From IMG/VR virus record IMGVR_UViG_2974588491_000001, positions 314,380 through 378,379 of that record: DNA of 64,000 nucleotides, one strand, 5' to 3'. The translations under genes and the position numbers were made by a program. How positions within the stretch are numbered: the first letter of the stretch is position 1; every line of letters starts with the position of its first letter. Below, in pieces: positions 8,971 to 18,693 of the stretch. This stretch comes from a virus. Its lineage: Duplodnaviria; Heunggongvirae; Uroviricota; Caudoviricetes. Under the pieces are notes generated by a model. It was given only the letters and a program-made list of their open reading frames with translations. It had not been told where the DNA came from and ran no database searches.

Positions 8971-9546
8971 ATGACACGTTTGATTATTCGTGAAAACAAA
9001 ATGAAGATTCGTTTGCACCAGGATGAAGCAGAATCTTTCATGGCAAAGGCAGCAGCAAAAGCTGACAAGTACAATAAACTTGCACCAGCAGGAAAGTCGC
9101 CATACGGCTTTAACCACGCACATTCACACTTAGTTGGAATGGCAGCAGAACATGCTTCGTGGATTCTGTTCAATGAGGTTGAGGCTCTGGCGGGTATTAA
9201 CCTAAACATCGATCCTGCGTTTCAGGATGACCGCCGTGAAGGTGAATGCGACATTTACGTAGCAGGTAAACGCATTGAAGTAAAGGGTATTAAGTACGGT
9301 TCTTGGTTACGTTTCGGTCCATGTATCAGTGCACGTCAGTTACCTAAAATTCAAAAGAAAGCTGACATTGTTCTTTGGGCGTTGTATAATGAACGTTGTC
9401 AGGAATTCACTTTCGAGGGTTTCAACTACGTTGATGAGATTGCAACCTTAGAAACTGTTATGACAGGTGCAGAAGGTCGTCCACTGATAGAAAACTATCC
9501 AGTACTACCTATCATCAAACCAATGCAATCGCTTAGTTTACATTAA
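8971..9546 (+). CDS. hypothetical protein, weak PD-(D/E)xK nuclease-like motif (D..EVK)
   Basis: GAGG RBS then ATG in frame with ORF 8911..9546. Confidence 0.55.
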   Translation: MTRLIIRENKMKIRLHQDEAESFMAKAAAKADKYNKLAPAGKSPYGFNHAHSHLVGMAAEHASWILFNEVEALAGINLNIDPAFQDDRREGECDIYVAGKRIEVKGIKYGSWLRFGPCISARQLPKIQKKADIVLWALYNERCQEFTFEGFNYVDEIATLETVMTGAEGRPLIENYPVLPIIKPMQSLSLH

Positions 9547-9557
9547 GAGGTCTTAAA

Positions 9558-9863
9558 ATGAAAGTGTTCGGTATTTTGTTTCTCGCGGTAGTAGCGTATA
9601 TTGCTTTTATTCGTTTCGCAGATGCAAGTACTTTACCAACAAACAAATATGCTTTTTGTTCAGGTTACGCAAGTAAAATGCACGAAGTATATCGTTTGAA
9701 ACATTACCAAAAAATGCAAGAATTTTTCGAAGCACTCATTGGTAACAAAACAGATGAATTTACATCAGAGTACTATCAGTCAGGTTCAGAAGTAGTTAAA
9801 ACTGGTCTTTCCATTAAACTGAACGTCAATGATAAGTGCGAGGTGCTTTTCCATAAAGGGTAA
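9558..9863 (+). CDS. small protein with N-terminal signal or TM segment
   Basis: ORF with GAGG RBS. Confidence 0.5.
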   Translation: MKVFGILFLAVVAYIAFIRFADASTLPTNKYAFCSGYASKMHEVYRLKHYQKMQEFFEALIGNKTDEFTSEYYQSGSEVVKTGLSIKLNVNDKCEVLFHKG

Positions 9864-9866
9864 CAC

Positions 9867-10349
9867 ATGACAGAAGGTATTATATTTTTCTTTGCGTTTC
9901 AGGTTTTATTTGCAATTGCCAGTGGTGGCCTTGCACCTCGAATCATGTACGCATTGACAGTAAGTAATGGGTTCTGGAACTTCTTACAGAACTATGCTTT
10001 ATCTTATCAGGTATCATACGATCAGATACATAGTACTGAGAAGTTTCTACCTGAAGTTAATTCTAAGTTAGAGAAACTTTTAACTTTAGCATTAATTAAT
10101 GAAGCAGGTGTCGGTATAAGTACTGACTATCGCCGTGATAATGGTATAATACTTCGCATTGAAAAACCACATACGTTCACTGGTTCTGGATATGGCAATA
10201 CCGTCCATTTTTATATGGACAATGGTATGATTGATGAAGAAAAATATGCACTATCACCAACTGTTTTTATTCTTGCACAAAAAGTGTACAAGCGTGTACT
10301 TGCCGCTAAAGAGCAGGAAAAAATTGAAAAGAAACGAAGTAAAATCTAA
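9867..10349 (+). CDS. hypothetical protein
   Basis: 160-aa ORF. Confidence 0.55.
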   Translation: MTEGIIFFFAFQVLFAIASGGLAPRIMYALTVSNGFWNFLQNYALSYQVSYDQIHSTEKFLPEVNSKLEKLLTLALINEAGVGISTDYRRDNGIILRIEKPHTFTGSGYGNTVHFYMDNGMIDEEKYALSPTVFILAQKVYKRVLAAKEQEKIEKKRSKI

Positions 10350-10408
10350 TTGACTTCAGTTTTAAATTAAGTATAATATTTTAAAATCAAATTGTGCGAG
10401 GATTTAAT

Positions 10409-10930
10409 ATGTCATCTGTACTAGCAACTAAAATCACCAAAGGTATGATCAATCGTGCTGGTTATATTCCGATTGAAACAACGATGGATAATGGTGGTTT
10501 TCTCAGCATCATGGATGATGACTTTATGTATTATACTTTCAAAGATTGTTTGAAGGTTGACCGTACCGATTTCCACAAATGGGTATGTTATTGGGATTCT
10601 TACCCATTTGCAATTGTCTGTGATGTTAAAGCTGACAAACTCGCAAACGGATATACCAAAGTTGCCATTCTCAATAAACAAATTGTTCCGGTTTCTGAAG
10701 TTGGTGAATTCCCTTCTAAACGTAATATTTGTTTTGGTTCGATGATAAAAGGCAAATTCGTAACCAACAAAGGTGTTGAGCAGTACGTTACTGACAACTT
10801 CGGCAATGTTCAGGTTAGCACACGCACCAATGTAAGTACTGGTAAAAAAGAAAAAACTGTACTTTCAAATGATGAAATCAAAAATCTAAAAGAAGAAATG
10901 CAACGCAATTGGGGTTGTACTCTAAAATAA
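10409..10930 (+). CDS. hypothetical protein
   Basis: GAGGA RBS then ATG in frame with ORF 10394..10930. Confidence 0.55.
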   Translation: MSSVLATKITKGMINRAGYIPIETTMDNGGFLSIMDDDFMYYTFKDCLKVDRTDFHKWVCYWDSYPFAIVCDVKADKLANGYTKVAILNKQIVPVSEVGEFPSKRNICFGSMIKGKFVTNKGVEQYVTDNFGNVQVSTRTNVSTGKKEKTVLSNDEIKNLKEEMQRNWGCTLK

Positions 10931-10931
10931 T

Positions 10932-10962
10932 AAATTCGGGGATTAACTATCCCCGAAACTTT
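10932..10962 (+). terminator. rho-independent terminator
   Basis: cggggat-taacta-tccccg followed by aaactttt. Confidence 0.55.
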
Positions 10963-10974
10963 TAATGGTGAAAT

Positions 10975-11445
10975 ATGAAACGTTCAACTTTTCTTGGTAT
11001 TACCTTAGCATTAATTGCAGTTGAAATTGCATATACTACTGCAAGCCTGAATGAAACATATCAATTCATGAATGGTGTACTACAAAATAAGTACTACGCT
11101 CTGTTTGCAATTTCATATATCGGGTTCGTATTATTCTCAGGATGGTTCTTTACTTTTTCAGTACCAACACTTGAGTATAAACGCCAAGTACATGGGTACT
11201 TTGAAGAAGTATTCGGACAAGAGAAATATAGTTTCCTGTATACTTATCACTTCCTTGCATTCGCGGTAGCAACATTTTATCTCAGTGCCTGGCCGTACTT
11301 TATTATGAGTACTGTTATGTGGCTATTCTGGACATGGGTACGTTCTAAGCAGAATGAATATGCGGAAGAATACGAACTCGAACGTAAGAAGGAAGAAGCT
11401 AAACATAAACCAACTGTAGTACTTGATCGTACTGATTTACTATAA
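10975..11445 (+). CDS. membrane protein
   Basis: multiple hydrophobic helices. Confidence 0.55.
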   Translation: MKRSTFLGITLALIAVEIAYTTASLNETYQFMNGVLQNKYYALFAISYIGFVLFSGWFFTFSVPTLEYKRQVHGYFEEVFGQEKYSFLYTYHFLAFAVATFYLSAWPYFIMSTVMWLFWTWVRSKQNEYAEEYELERKKEEAKHKPTVVLDRTDLL

Positions 11446-11454
11446 GAGGGAACT

Positions 11455-11904
11455 ATGTATTCACAAATGTTAACTAAGTTCTTGTTTGGATTCTTTGCTC
11501 TGTACCTTATTGCATTGTACGGTTCAGTAGCAATAACTTACAAAAGCTTACCACTAATCATTGCTTCACAATGGTATACTTTAGCATCAGTCATTGTAGT
11601 ACTTACCGCATTCTGTGCGTTATGTGCAACAGTTTTAAATGTAGGAATTATTTTTGAAGTTGATAATGATTGTAAACGCTTTAAGCTCAAGATATATGAA
11701 ATACTGAACGATAAAGTTATTAGTCCTGTATGGCATTGGATACTTGCAATCAGTATGATTGGTTTATTCCAAATTGGTCATTACGGTGATTCATTAGTAA
11801 CGCTTTGTTTATTTTCATGTATTCTAACTTTCCGTATCGCACATCAAAGTGTTGTGCGAAAAGCGAAAATACAAGTACTGAACGCAGCTATAACTAAAAA
11901 ATAA
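11455..11904 (+). CDS. membrane protein
   Basis: multiple hydrophobic helices; GAGGGA RBS. Confidence 0.55.
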   Translation: MYSQMLTKFLFGFFALYLIALYGSVAITYKSLPLIIASQWYTLASVIVVLTAFCALCATVLNVGIIFEVDNDCKRFKLKIYEILNDKVISPVWHWILAISMIGLFQIGHYGDSLVTLCLFSCILTFRIAHQSVVRKAKIQVLNAAITKK

Positions 11905-11909
11905 ATCAA

Positions 11910-11948
11910 ATACCAGTTGACTCAACGTGGGTTAACTGGTATACTTTT
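11910..11948 (+). promoter_or_regulatory. terminator hairpin carrying a promoter (TTGACT-17-TATACT), PeSL-like
   Basis: taccagtt...aactggta stem, T-run, -35 inside the stem and -10 just downstream. Confidence 0.5.
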
Positions 11949-11975
11949 CAGTATATTAAGTGATGGAGAAATAAA

Positions 11976-12221
11976 ATGAACCAGCAAGAAATTGTACAAA
12001 GCGTCAAGGAAAAAGAAGTACTGATCAACGATCATCATGTTCGCATCAAAGCGTTGTATGAAGAAATCAATACTGGTCTTCAGCAATCCGGTGGTGTACG
12101 TACTTCAGAAGTAGATGAGAAGTATAAAAAGATCGATGCTGCCTTTGGTGCTAAATCAAAACTCGAAGGTGAAGTTCGTAATCTGAAAAAGCAATTGCTA
12201 GAGATGGTACTGAGTGAATAA
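11976..12221 (+). CDS. hypothetical protein
   Basis: 81-aa ORF with GGAG RBS. Confidence 0.5.
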   Translation: MNQQEIVQSVKEKEVLINDHHVRIKALYEEINTGLQQSGGVRTSEVDEKYKKIDAAFGAKSKLEGEVRNLKKQLLEMVLSE

Positions 12222-12939
12222 ATCAAACATTGAAACCTTGATCTATAATCTCAGTGCAGTGAAGTATCAATTTGCAATTGTATGTGAAACTGCACTAGAC
12301 CAGTTGAGCCATTATTTTTGTACAATTGGTAATGCAATTAACTACGATCCTGTTCGTGGTATGATAGACTGTGATCGTTCTGGTAATTATTTTTGTATTA
12401 TCGAAAATCACATCTTCAGTTTCGATGATATTCAGGCACAACGTAAAAAATCATGCGAAGAATTGGAAGTACAGTACAATCGCTTGAAAGAAATTTTTGG
12501 CGATGAAGTACCTGAAAACATGAAGCGTTTGTACGTTGATGAAATTGAAAAACTGAAAAAACCGTTTGAAGTACTAGACGAATCATACTTTTTCAGTTAT
12601 AATGATATTGCACGTGAGATGATAGATGCCGTGCAAAAACGTTTTGAAGAAGATCGTCATCTGCGTTTACAGATTAACACTCCTGTAATCGATGAACAGT
12701 GCTCTATCATCTTTAAAGTAAAGAATACTGACAATCCACTAATTGTTAAATTGGCTATTACTACGTGTAAAGCTTGGATTGAAGTACTGGAGTATTATGT
12801 ACAAGCTGAATGGTACTTTACTGAAGAAGAAATTCAGAAGTATCAGGGAGCATCGCATTACTTTTCGTTAAGTTACATCAATACATGTATTGATAAATTC
12901 AAACAGATTGTTGAAAACCTGGAGAATCAAAATGCTTAA
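12214..12939 (+). CDS. hypothetical protein
   Basis: 241-aa ORF. Confidence 0.6.
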   Translation: MNKSNIETLIYNLSAVKYQFAIVCETALDQLSHYFCTIGNAINYDPVRGMIDCDRSGNYFCIIENHIFSFDDIQAQRKKSCEELEVQYNRLKEIFGDEVPENMKRLYVDEIEKLKKPFEVLDESYFFSYNDIAREMIDAVQKRFEEDRHLRLQINTPVIDEQCSIIFKVKNTDNPLIVKLAITTCKAWIEVLEYYVQAEWYFTEEEIQKYQGASHYFSLSYINTCIDKFKQIVENLENQNA

Positions 12940-13053
12940 ACCAATTATTCTGCTGATCGTTGTTCTCGGTATTGGTGCTGCTGGTGGTTATACTTATGGC
13001 ACAAAACATCCTACAATGGGTGATTGTGTAAATTCGGTTATTGGGAGTTAAAA

Positions 13054-13488
13054 ATGGAAATCAGTCGTAAATCCTGGCATTATCGCATGACTGCATGGTG
13101 CTGGGATCATTTTGGGAAAACACCATCTAATTCACTGTGTGGTTATTTCTGGCAGATGGTGTTTTCCCCATTTGTAGTAATTGGTATGTATGCTGCAATT
13201 CTGGTCGTAGCACTTATCATGCTAAGTTGGGGTTTGTATTTCTCTGGTGCAATGCTTTGTAATGTTCTGCACTGGATTAATGTACTTCCTGATTCTTTTG
13301 ATATGGTTCCTGGTGTATTCAACTGGCGACACATGGTAGTTTCAGTACTGATTACATCTGGTATCGCTGCAAAAGTTGCATATTCAATCTATAAAGAAGA
13401 TCATCCAAACAAAGAGCCAAACGTTATATTCGAATTTATTAAAGCGAAGAAACGTAAAATCTGCCCACTGATCGAATTTAAAGATTAA
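13054..13488 (+). CDS. membrane protein
   Basis: GGGAG RBS then ATG in frame with ORF 13024..13488. Confidence 0.5.
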   Translation: MEISRKSWHYRMTAWCWDHFGKTPSNSLCGYFWQMVFSPFVVIGMYAAILVVALIMLSWGLYFSGAMLCNVLHWINVLPDSFDMVPGVFNWRHMVVSVLITSGIAAKVAYSIYKEDHPNKEPNVIFEFIKAKKRKICPLIEFKD

Positions 13489-13494
13489 GTTTTA

Positions 13495-13530
13495 ATGTAC
13501 TACCCATTTAGAGTAGTACATTTTATTTTA
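13495..13530 (+). terminator. rho-independent terminator
   Basis: atgtactac...tagtacat hairpin followed by a T-run. Confidence 0.5.
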
Positions 13531-13541
13531 AGGAAGTTATT

Positions 13542-14069
13542 ATGTTCAAAGTTGGTAATTGGATAGTTCTTACGCTCGAAGATGCATTTAACAGGTGTCA
13601 TGCACAAAATAGGGATATTACTAATATCATTCGTGATACTCCCATTAAAGTACTGCGACTTGATAGTGATGGTGATATACGTGAATGGTGTACTCCTAGT
13701 GGTGTACGTCACTCCATGACAATTACCACACGTGAACAACTTTTTTTCACGTTACATGATAGCAGTTCAGAATATGGTTCTTTCAAAATTATCCTGACTT
13801 ATATCGAAGATGGTAAAACGATTGAAGAAGAAGGTGTAACATTTGTCTCTATGGATCACAATTCCATTGAGTACAAATACAATCGTAAGAAACTTGGCTT
13901 TATCAAATATAAAGGTGAAGTTAAGTTAAACATCGATGAACTAAAACAAATTACGATTAGTACTCCTGAAAACGAACGAGTATATCATATCGAAAATGGC
14001 GTGATTGTGCGTGAACATATTATGTATGATCATGAACGTAAATTTAAACGTTTCAAGCTGGGGAATTAA
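13542..14069 (+). CDS. hypothetical protein
   Basis: 175-aa ORF with AGGAAG RBS. Confidence 0.55.
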   Translation: MFKVGNWIVLTLEDAFNRCHAQNRDITNIIRDTPIKVLRLDSDGDIREWCTPSGVRHSMTITTREQLFFTLHDSSSEYGSFKIILTYIEDGKTIEEEGVTFVSMDHNSIEYKYNRKKLGFIKYKGEVKLNIDELKQITISTPENERVYHIENGVIVREHIMYDHERKFKRFKLGN

Positions 14070-14070
14070 A

Positions 14071-14394
14071 ATGCAAAACAATAATACGATTGGAACACCA
14101 CTGTGGATGCGAAGTCCAATGCATGAGTACTATGTAGTACAGAATGGTGCTAAGTACATTGCTATCGACCAACATAGTGGTGGTTATCCATATGACACTA
14201 ATTTTTCTTCTGCTGAACGTTATTCAACATTAGAACTAGCAGTACAATCAATGAAACGTAATTCAGGTACTGCTGTTGTTCATTGTAAAATTTACGGTGA
14301 AGTTGTTCAGCAATGTGAAATTGATCACCAGTTGCGTTTATCTGCAATTGCAAAACTTACACCTGAAGAAATTCGTGCATTGGGGTTAGGTTAA
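14071..14394 (+). CDS. hypothetical protein
   Basis: ATG after GGGGAA, in frame with ORF 14005..14394. Confidence 0.5.
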   Translation: MQNNNTIGTPLWMRSPMHEYYVVQNGAKYIAIDQHSGGYPYDTNFSSAERYSTLELAVQSMKRNSGTAVVHCKIYGEVVQQCEIDHQLRLSAIAKLTPEEIRALGLG

Positions 14395-14777
14395 TGTTGG
14401 GTTCATTGGGATTGTTCTGGAGTGAAGAAGATGGTACTATGATTCTTTCTCCATGTGATGAATCATTCCAGGAACCTAAAGTGGCGTATTTTTACATTCA
14501 AGTTGAAACTGAATCGGAATATAAGCATATTCGCATAGACAAGTGGAATACTCCTGTGCGAACCAATGACCATTTCGAATGTACCCGCTTCGATACGTAT
14601 GAAGAAGCGTTGGAAGTAGTAAAGACATTTAACCTTGTCAGTACTTCTCATGTACATAAGATTCGTCTTGCTCGTGTAACTGGTACGTACATGTGGGATG
14701 ATATAGTGTACGCTCATTGCTCCTTGAAAAATCTAGGAAATGGTAAATTTGGCCTTGCAATCAGCGAACGCATGTGA
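14394..14777 (+). CDS. hypothetical protein
   Basis: TTAATG coupling. Confidence 0.5.
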   Translation: MLGSLGLFWSEEDGTMILSPCDESFQEPKVAYFYIQVETESEYKHIRIDKWNTPVRTNDHFECTRFDTYEEALEVVKTFNLVSTSHVHKIRLARVTGTYMWDDIVYAHCSLKNLGNGKFGLAISERM

Positions 14778-14834
14778 TATATTATTTTACATCGAGGGGA
14801 GATAACCTTCCCTCCCTATTAAGTGAGAATTCAA

Positions 14835-15026
14835 ATGACAGCATATGAAATGTGTATTGCGAACATTGCTCGTAAAGTCCGTTCTACCAACCATAACACC
14901 GCTGAAGGTGTACAAATGCCATCTGCATTTGAGTATTCAGTCGGTATTGCTGCTGGCTTTTGTAAAGATCCGAAAGAAGTTGTGATGGACATTTTCAACT
15001 TCAGCGAAGATAATCATAATTCCTGA
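14835..15026 (+). CDS. small hypothetical protein
   Basis: ATG 9 nt after the conserved TTAAGTGAGA motif. Confidence 0.4.
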   Translation: MTAYEMCIANIARKVRSTNHNTAEGVQMPSAFEYSVGIAAGFCKDPKEVVMDIFNFSEDNHNS

Positions 15027-15058
15027 AGGTACATTCTAGAGAAATTTAAAAAAAATCC

Positions 15059-15086
15059 TTGACAGTACTAAACAATGTGCTATACT
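15059..15086 (+). promoter_or_regulatory. sigma70-type promoter (TTGACA-16-TATACT) at the start of the 1.2-kb non-coding block
   Basis: hexamer match. Confidence 0.5.
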
Positions 15087-16099
15087 GATAAGGTTCAAGC
15101 GGAAAGACAAGTTTTAAAAATCTTCTCGCTAAAAAGTTTAAAAAAGTACTTGACAACCACTTCGTTAGATAGTACAATGTAGTCTCTGATAAGGAACAAA
15201 GTGTTCCGAAGCTGATAAAGAGTTCAGCGTGTTAAATCTAAAAAGAGGATTGAACGCAAATGTAACAGTTAAATATTAAATTTTATAATATTGATGACTA
15301 GGAACTTTTTTGATTTTTAAATCTGGGCGAATGGTTCCCCCGATAACCGGAAAACTTTGAGGATCGCAATCATGAAGTAATTAACACTAATTGAATCTGA
15401 TCATTTAAAATATTGCCGAGTTATTAGTGGTACGGGGCGGTGTCCAGGCAAAAAACGCCGCTACCTATTATCCACGAATGAATGACATTTTGCAAAGAAC
15501 GAGTACTGCGTAAAGAGTACAAGCTGAGAGGAAACCGATACTCTTGAAATTATCAGTTATCGGCAGAGAATCTATGAAGGCTGTTCTTGTCTGACTTCGC
15601 CGTAGAAAAGTAACGGTACAAGGGTTATGTGAGATGTGTGAATCTTGCTGTAATGATGGATAACGAGTTAAGGCGTTTGATGGCTTACAGTCGGGTGATC
15701 CGGTCACAAATTAGGAGTAGAAACACAACTAACTGATCATGGTTAGATGAAGCTAAGGCAGAGCTTTCTCGTAAGTATTTGGTACGGGTACGGTGAGATG
15801 CATACCGTGAGTGTTTCAAACATGTGCGAACTGTATAGCGTAGATACAGTAACTCTTTCGAGAGTTGTTTGATTAACCGCATATGTCGAACTTTCCGAAC
15901 AAAGTTCAAAACAGAATTGAAGTACTACGAAGTTGCGTGTTATAATCAGTTCGGTGAGGACTAACACGCAGCGATTTAATTACTGTACTGAATTGTATCA
16001 TTCACAGTTTCGAGTTTGTGATGCAATAAGGTGATAGTAATAAGTTCGAGCAAAACATAGGTTGTCTGAGCAGTGAAGCTGTTAACTTCATGATAAGCC

Positions 16100-16129
16100 T
16101 TGACAATTAGGGAATAGCCGACTATAATG
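16100..16129 (+). promoter_or_regulatory. sigma70-type promoter (TTGACA-18-TATAAT) upstream of the XRE gene
   Basis: hexamer match. Confidence 0.55.
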
Positions 16130-16251
16130 TGTTTATAGATTCCCCACTACCTGTAAATGGTTAGCCCAAGTGCAGTAAAGATGTTTCGGTACGGGAGTTC
16201 ACACAAAAAGGACTCCCACCTTTTAAGTTAGCTGATTAAGTGAGAATAATA

Positions 16252-16482
16252 ATGAAAAACGCACTCAAAACCCAATTGTTCAAAATGATTAAGAGCACTG
16301 CATCTGAACGCAATATGTCTCAGCGTGACCTGGGGAAAGCGTTGCAGGTTTCTCAACCACGTATTTCTAACCTTCTTGACGAGCGTCAAGATCTGTTCAG
16401 TATCGATAAACTGCTTGAATTCGTTGATACGTTAGGGTATCATGTAGAAATCAAAGCAGTGGAAAAGGAGACAGTACAATGA
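16252..16482 (+). CDS. XRE-family helix-turn-helix DNA-binding protein
   Basis: SQRDLGKALQVSQPRISNLL HTH; TTAAGTGAGA pre-start motif. Confidence 0.65.
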   Translation: MKNALKTQLFKMIKSTASERNMSQRDLGKALQVSQPRISNLLDERQDLFSIDKLLEFVDTLGYHVEIKAVEKETVQ

Positions 16483-16628
16483 AAGAATATATTGTAGAGT
16501 ACTTCCAGAAAGGCGGTTCTAACCCGTTAGCTACTCGCCAGTTCGCACATAACGAAGCAATGGCTCGTACTAATGCGAAGAACGAAAAAGGCCAGGATAT
16601 TATTATCCGCAGCGTAAAACCTGCATAA
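16479..16628 (+). CDS. small protein (49 aa)
   Basis: ATGA-coupled; host-like codons; terminator follows. Confidence 0.4.
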   Translation: MKEYIVEYFQKGGSNPLATRQFAHNEAMARTNAKNEKGQDIIIRSVKPA

Positions 16629-16654
16629 CAAAAGCCAGTTACCCCACATTCAGA

Positions 16655-16682
16655 AAAGCCAGCTTAGCTCTGGCTTTTTTTA
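16655..16682 (+). terminator. rho-independent terminator
   Basis: aaagccagc-ttagct-ctggcttt followed by a T-run. Confidence 0.65.
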
Positions 16683-16723
16683 TTGGATAATTTTAGTTGT
16701 TGCTATTTTGTACGGAGATAAAA

Positions 16724-17716
16724 GTGAGTCCAAAAAAATTAAACTTAGATGATATTCAGGAAGATATCCTTGACGAATGTTTTGAAAAAGAAGAATTAAC
16801 TTTAGAATCACTTGTGGTAGATGATTCTGACGAGGATACAACTTCTGATGCTGATGATGTACATCACGGTTTAACAATGGATCAGATTAAAACACAAATT
16901 AAAGCTGACCAGTACATTAGCAACGAAGATCTAGTACGAAAAGTACAATCCGGCGTAGATGTAGAAGAATCAAAGAAACTACTTGTTATGTTCAACAGTG
17001 GTTTAGTGTACAACGAAGCGAAAAATTGTACTTGTAATATTCCATTCCAGGATAAAGTACAATATGGTTTCGAAGGTTTAATGAAAGCTATCTATGGTTT
17101 CAATACAACTTTCCGTACAATGTTTAGTACTTATGCAACAACTACGATCCGTCAACATATGTATCGTAACGGCAATAACGATGTTCGTATGGTAGCTCTA
17201 CCTGAACATCTGTCGGTTAACAACATTCGTATACAATCTTTTATCGAACGTTATATGAATGATAATACTGGCTATCCAACTAATGAGCAAATTGCTGAAA
17301 GTACTGGAATTGATATTCGTTCAGTAAAACGTATCATGAACTATAACAGTAATACTTTTAGTATTGATACGCCAATGAACAAAGGCGACGAAGGTTCAGA
17401 ACAAACACTAAAAGATATTATCCCTGGTGAAAGTGCTGATTATGTGGTTGATGAACGTTGTGTTGCAAAAGACTTTGTAAGTACAATGGAAGAAATCATG
17501 AATGAACTTGAAGAACATGAACGTGTTCTACTTGGATTAGTTCACGGTTTAGATGGTTATCGTATCCATACGTTTGATGAAATTATTAACACTGGATACA
17601 TTGATGGTAAAGGAAAGTTCGTAACTTCTAAAGCTACACTATCTCGTCGTTACAATGATATGATGGATAAAGTACGTCGTATTGTTGAACGTAAACAAAT
17701 CAACTTTGATCTTTAA
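16724..17716 (+). CDS. sigma-70 family RNA polymerase sigma factor (phage-encoded)
   Basis: region 2 FSTYATTTIRQ (cf. RpoD FSTYATWWIRQ); region-4-like HTH near the C-terminus; GGAGA RBS then GTG. Confidence 0.8.
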   Translation: MSPKKLNLDDIQEDILDECFEKEELTLESLVVDDSDEDTTSDADDVHHGLTMDQIKTQIKADQYISNEDLVRKVQSGVDVEESKKLLVMFNSGLVYNEAKNCTCNIPFQDKVQYGFEGLMKAIYGFNTTFRTMFSTYATTTIRQHMYRNGNNDVRMVALPEHLSVNNIRIQSFIERYMNDNTGYPTNEQIAESTGIDIRSVKRIMNYNSNTFSIDTPMNKGDEGSEQTLKDIIPGESADYVVDERCVAKDFVSTMEEIMNELEEHERVLLGLVHGLDGYRIHTFDEIINTGYIDGKGKFVTSKATLSRRYNDMMDKVRRIVERKQINFDL

Positions 17717-17728
17717 AGGTACTATTTA

Positions 17729-18439
17729 ATGACACATAAAGATAAACGTTCAGTTAGTACTGATGCACTTGATACGCTCGGTACTATCCATACTCGCGAA
17801 GAACATCGGGATGCAATTCACTTAGGTGTAGAACCAGTTATTGCTGGTGAAGATATTGCTGTAGGTGCAAACATTGGTATTGGTAAAGATGGTTTTGCAT
17901 ATGCTACCGATTACCGTTCTGATATTAAAGCAGTTGGTATTGCAGATCCATTTCTTGCGAATCGTATTCAAAAAGGTGAATCTTTCTGGCTCGTAGTATA
18001 TCCACGTAAGATTACTTCGCTACGCCATGTTTGGACTCATCCTGATTTTGATTCTGAAGAAGATCAGAAAGTACTTGACATTGCAGAAGTCTCAAGCGAT
18101 GATTTAATGGTAGAGATCCAACGCCGTTTAGCTACTAATAACATTGTACAAACGGTTCAGGAGCCGCAGCAGAAAGCCGCTGACAGCGATGAAAAGGCTA
18201 AGGCATGGGCTTGGATTAACGAATACGCAGACGGCTTAGGGCTTGATACAGACGAACTGATGGACTACGCCGATATGTGGGTTTCCTCTGAACGTCGCGG
18301 AACCTGGGGTGATTACCTTTGCAAAGGTGGTGATCTCGAAGGTGAATATGTCTCTGACGAATTTTGGGATAACTACGATATTGTCCGTGATGAAAGTACT
18401 GATACCGAACGTGGTTCCTTCTTCACGTGTTCTTGTTAA
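17729..18439 (+). CDS. acidic hypothetical protein ending FFTCSC
   Basis: 236-aa ORF immediately after the sigma gene. Confidence 0.6.
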   Translation: MTHKDKRSVSTDALDTLGTIHTREEHRDAIHLGVEPVIAGEDIAVGANIGIGKDGFAYATDYRSDIKAVGIADPFLANRIQKGESFWLVVYPRKITSLRHVWTHPDFDSEEDQKVLDIAEVSSDDLMVEIQRRLATNNIVQTVQEPQQKAADSDEKAKAWAWINEYADGLGLDTDELMDYADMWVSSERRGTWGDYLCKGGDLEGEYVSDEFWDNYDIVRDESTDTERGSFFTCSC

Positions 18440-18447
18440 GGTGTTAA

Positions 18448-18639
18448 ATGAAAGAAGAACACAAAGGAATCATTTCTGTTGGTAAAATTTTAAATCGTAA
18501 TCTGTTTGGTTTAAAAGGAAGTCGTCAGGGTTTTGGTAGTTTAGGTTTAGAGAATTTCAAAACTGAAACTATTGTTGATACTACAAAGATGACACCAGAA
18601 GAAAAGAAAGAATATTTGAAGAATTTCAACAAACAATAA
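18448..18639 (+). CDS. small hypothetical protein
   Basis: 63-aa ORF. Confidence 0.4.
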   Translation: MKEEHKGIISVGKILNRNLFGLKGSRQGFGSLGLENFKTETIVDTTKMTPEEKKEYLKNFNKQ

Positions 18640-18645
18640 TTCATA

Positions 18646-18690
18646 GGGTTGACTTCGGTCAGCCCTTTATTTTAATTAAATTTTATAATT
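18646..18690 (+). promoter_or_regulatory. PeSL-like cassette (GGGTTGACTTCGGTCAGCCC hairpin, T-run, -10)
   Basis: UUCG-tetraloop hairpin containing the -35 TTGACT. Confidence 0.55.
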
Positions 18691-18693
18691 ATT

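Noticed and set aside
15468-15967. - strand ORFs in the 1.2-kb non-coding block
   Set aside because: They are opposite to the general transcription direction, have no RBS, and their composition is atypical. I treated the region as non-coding RNA or regulatory.
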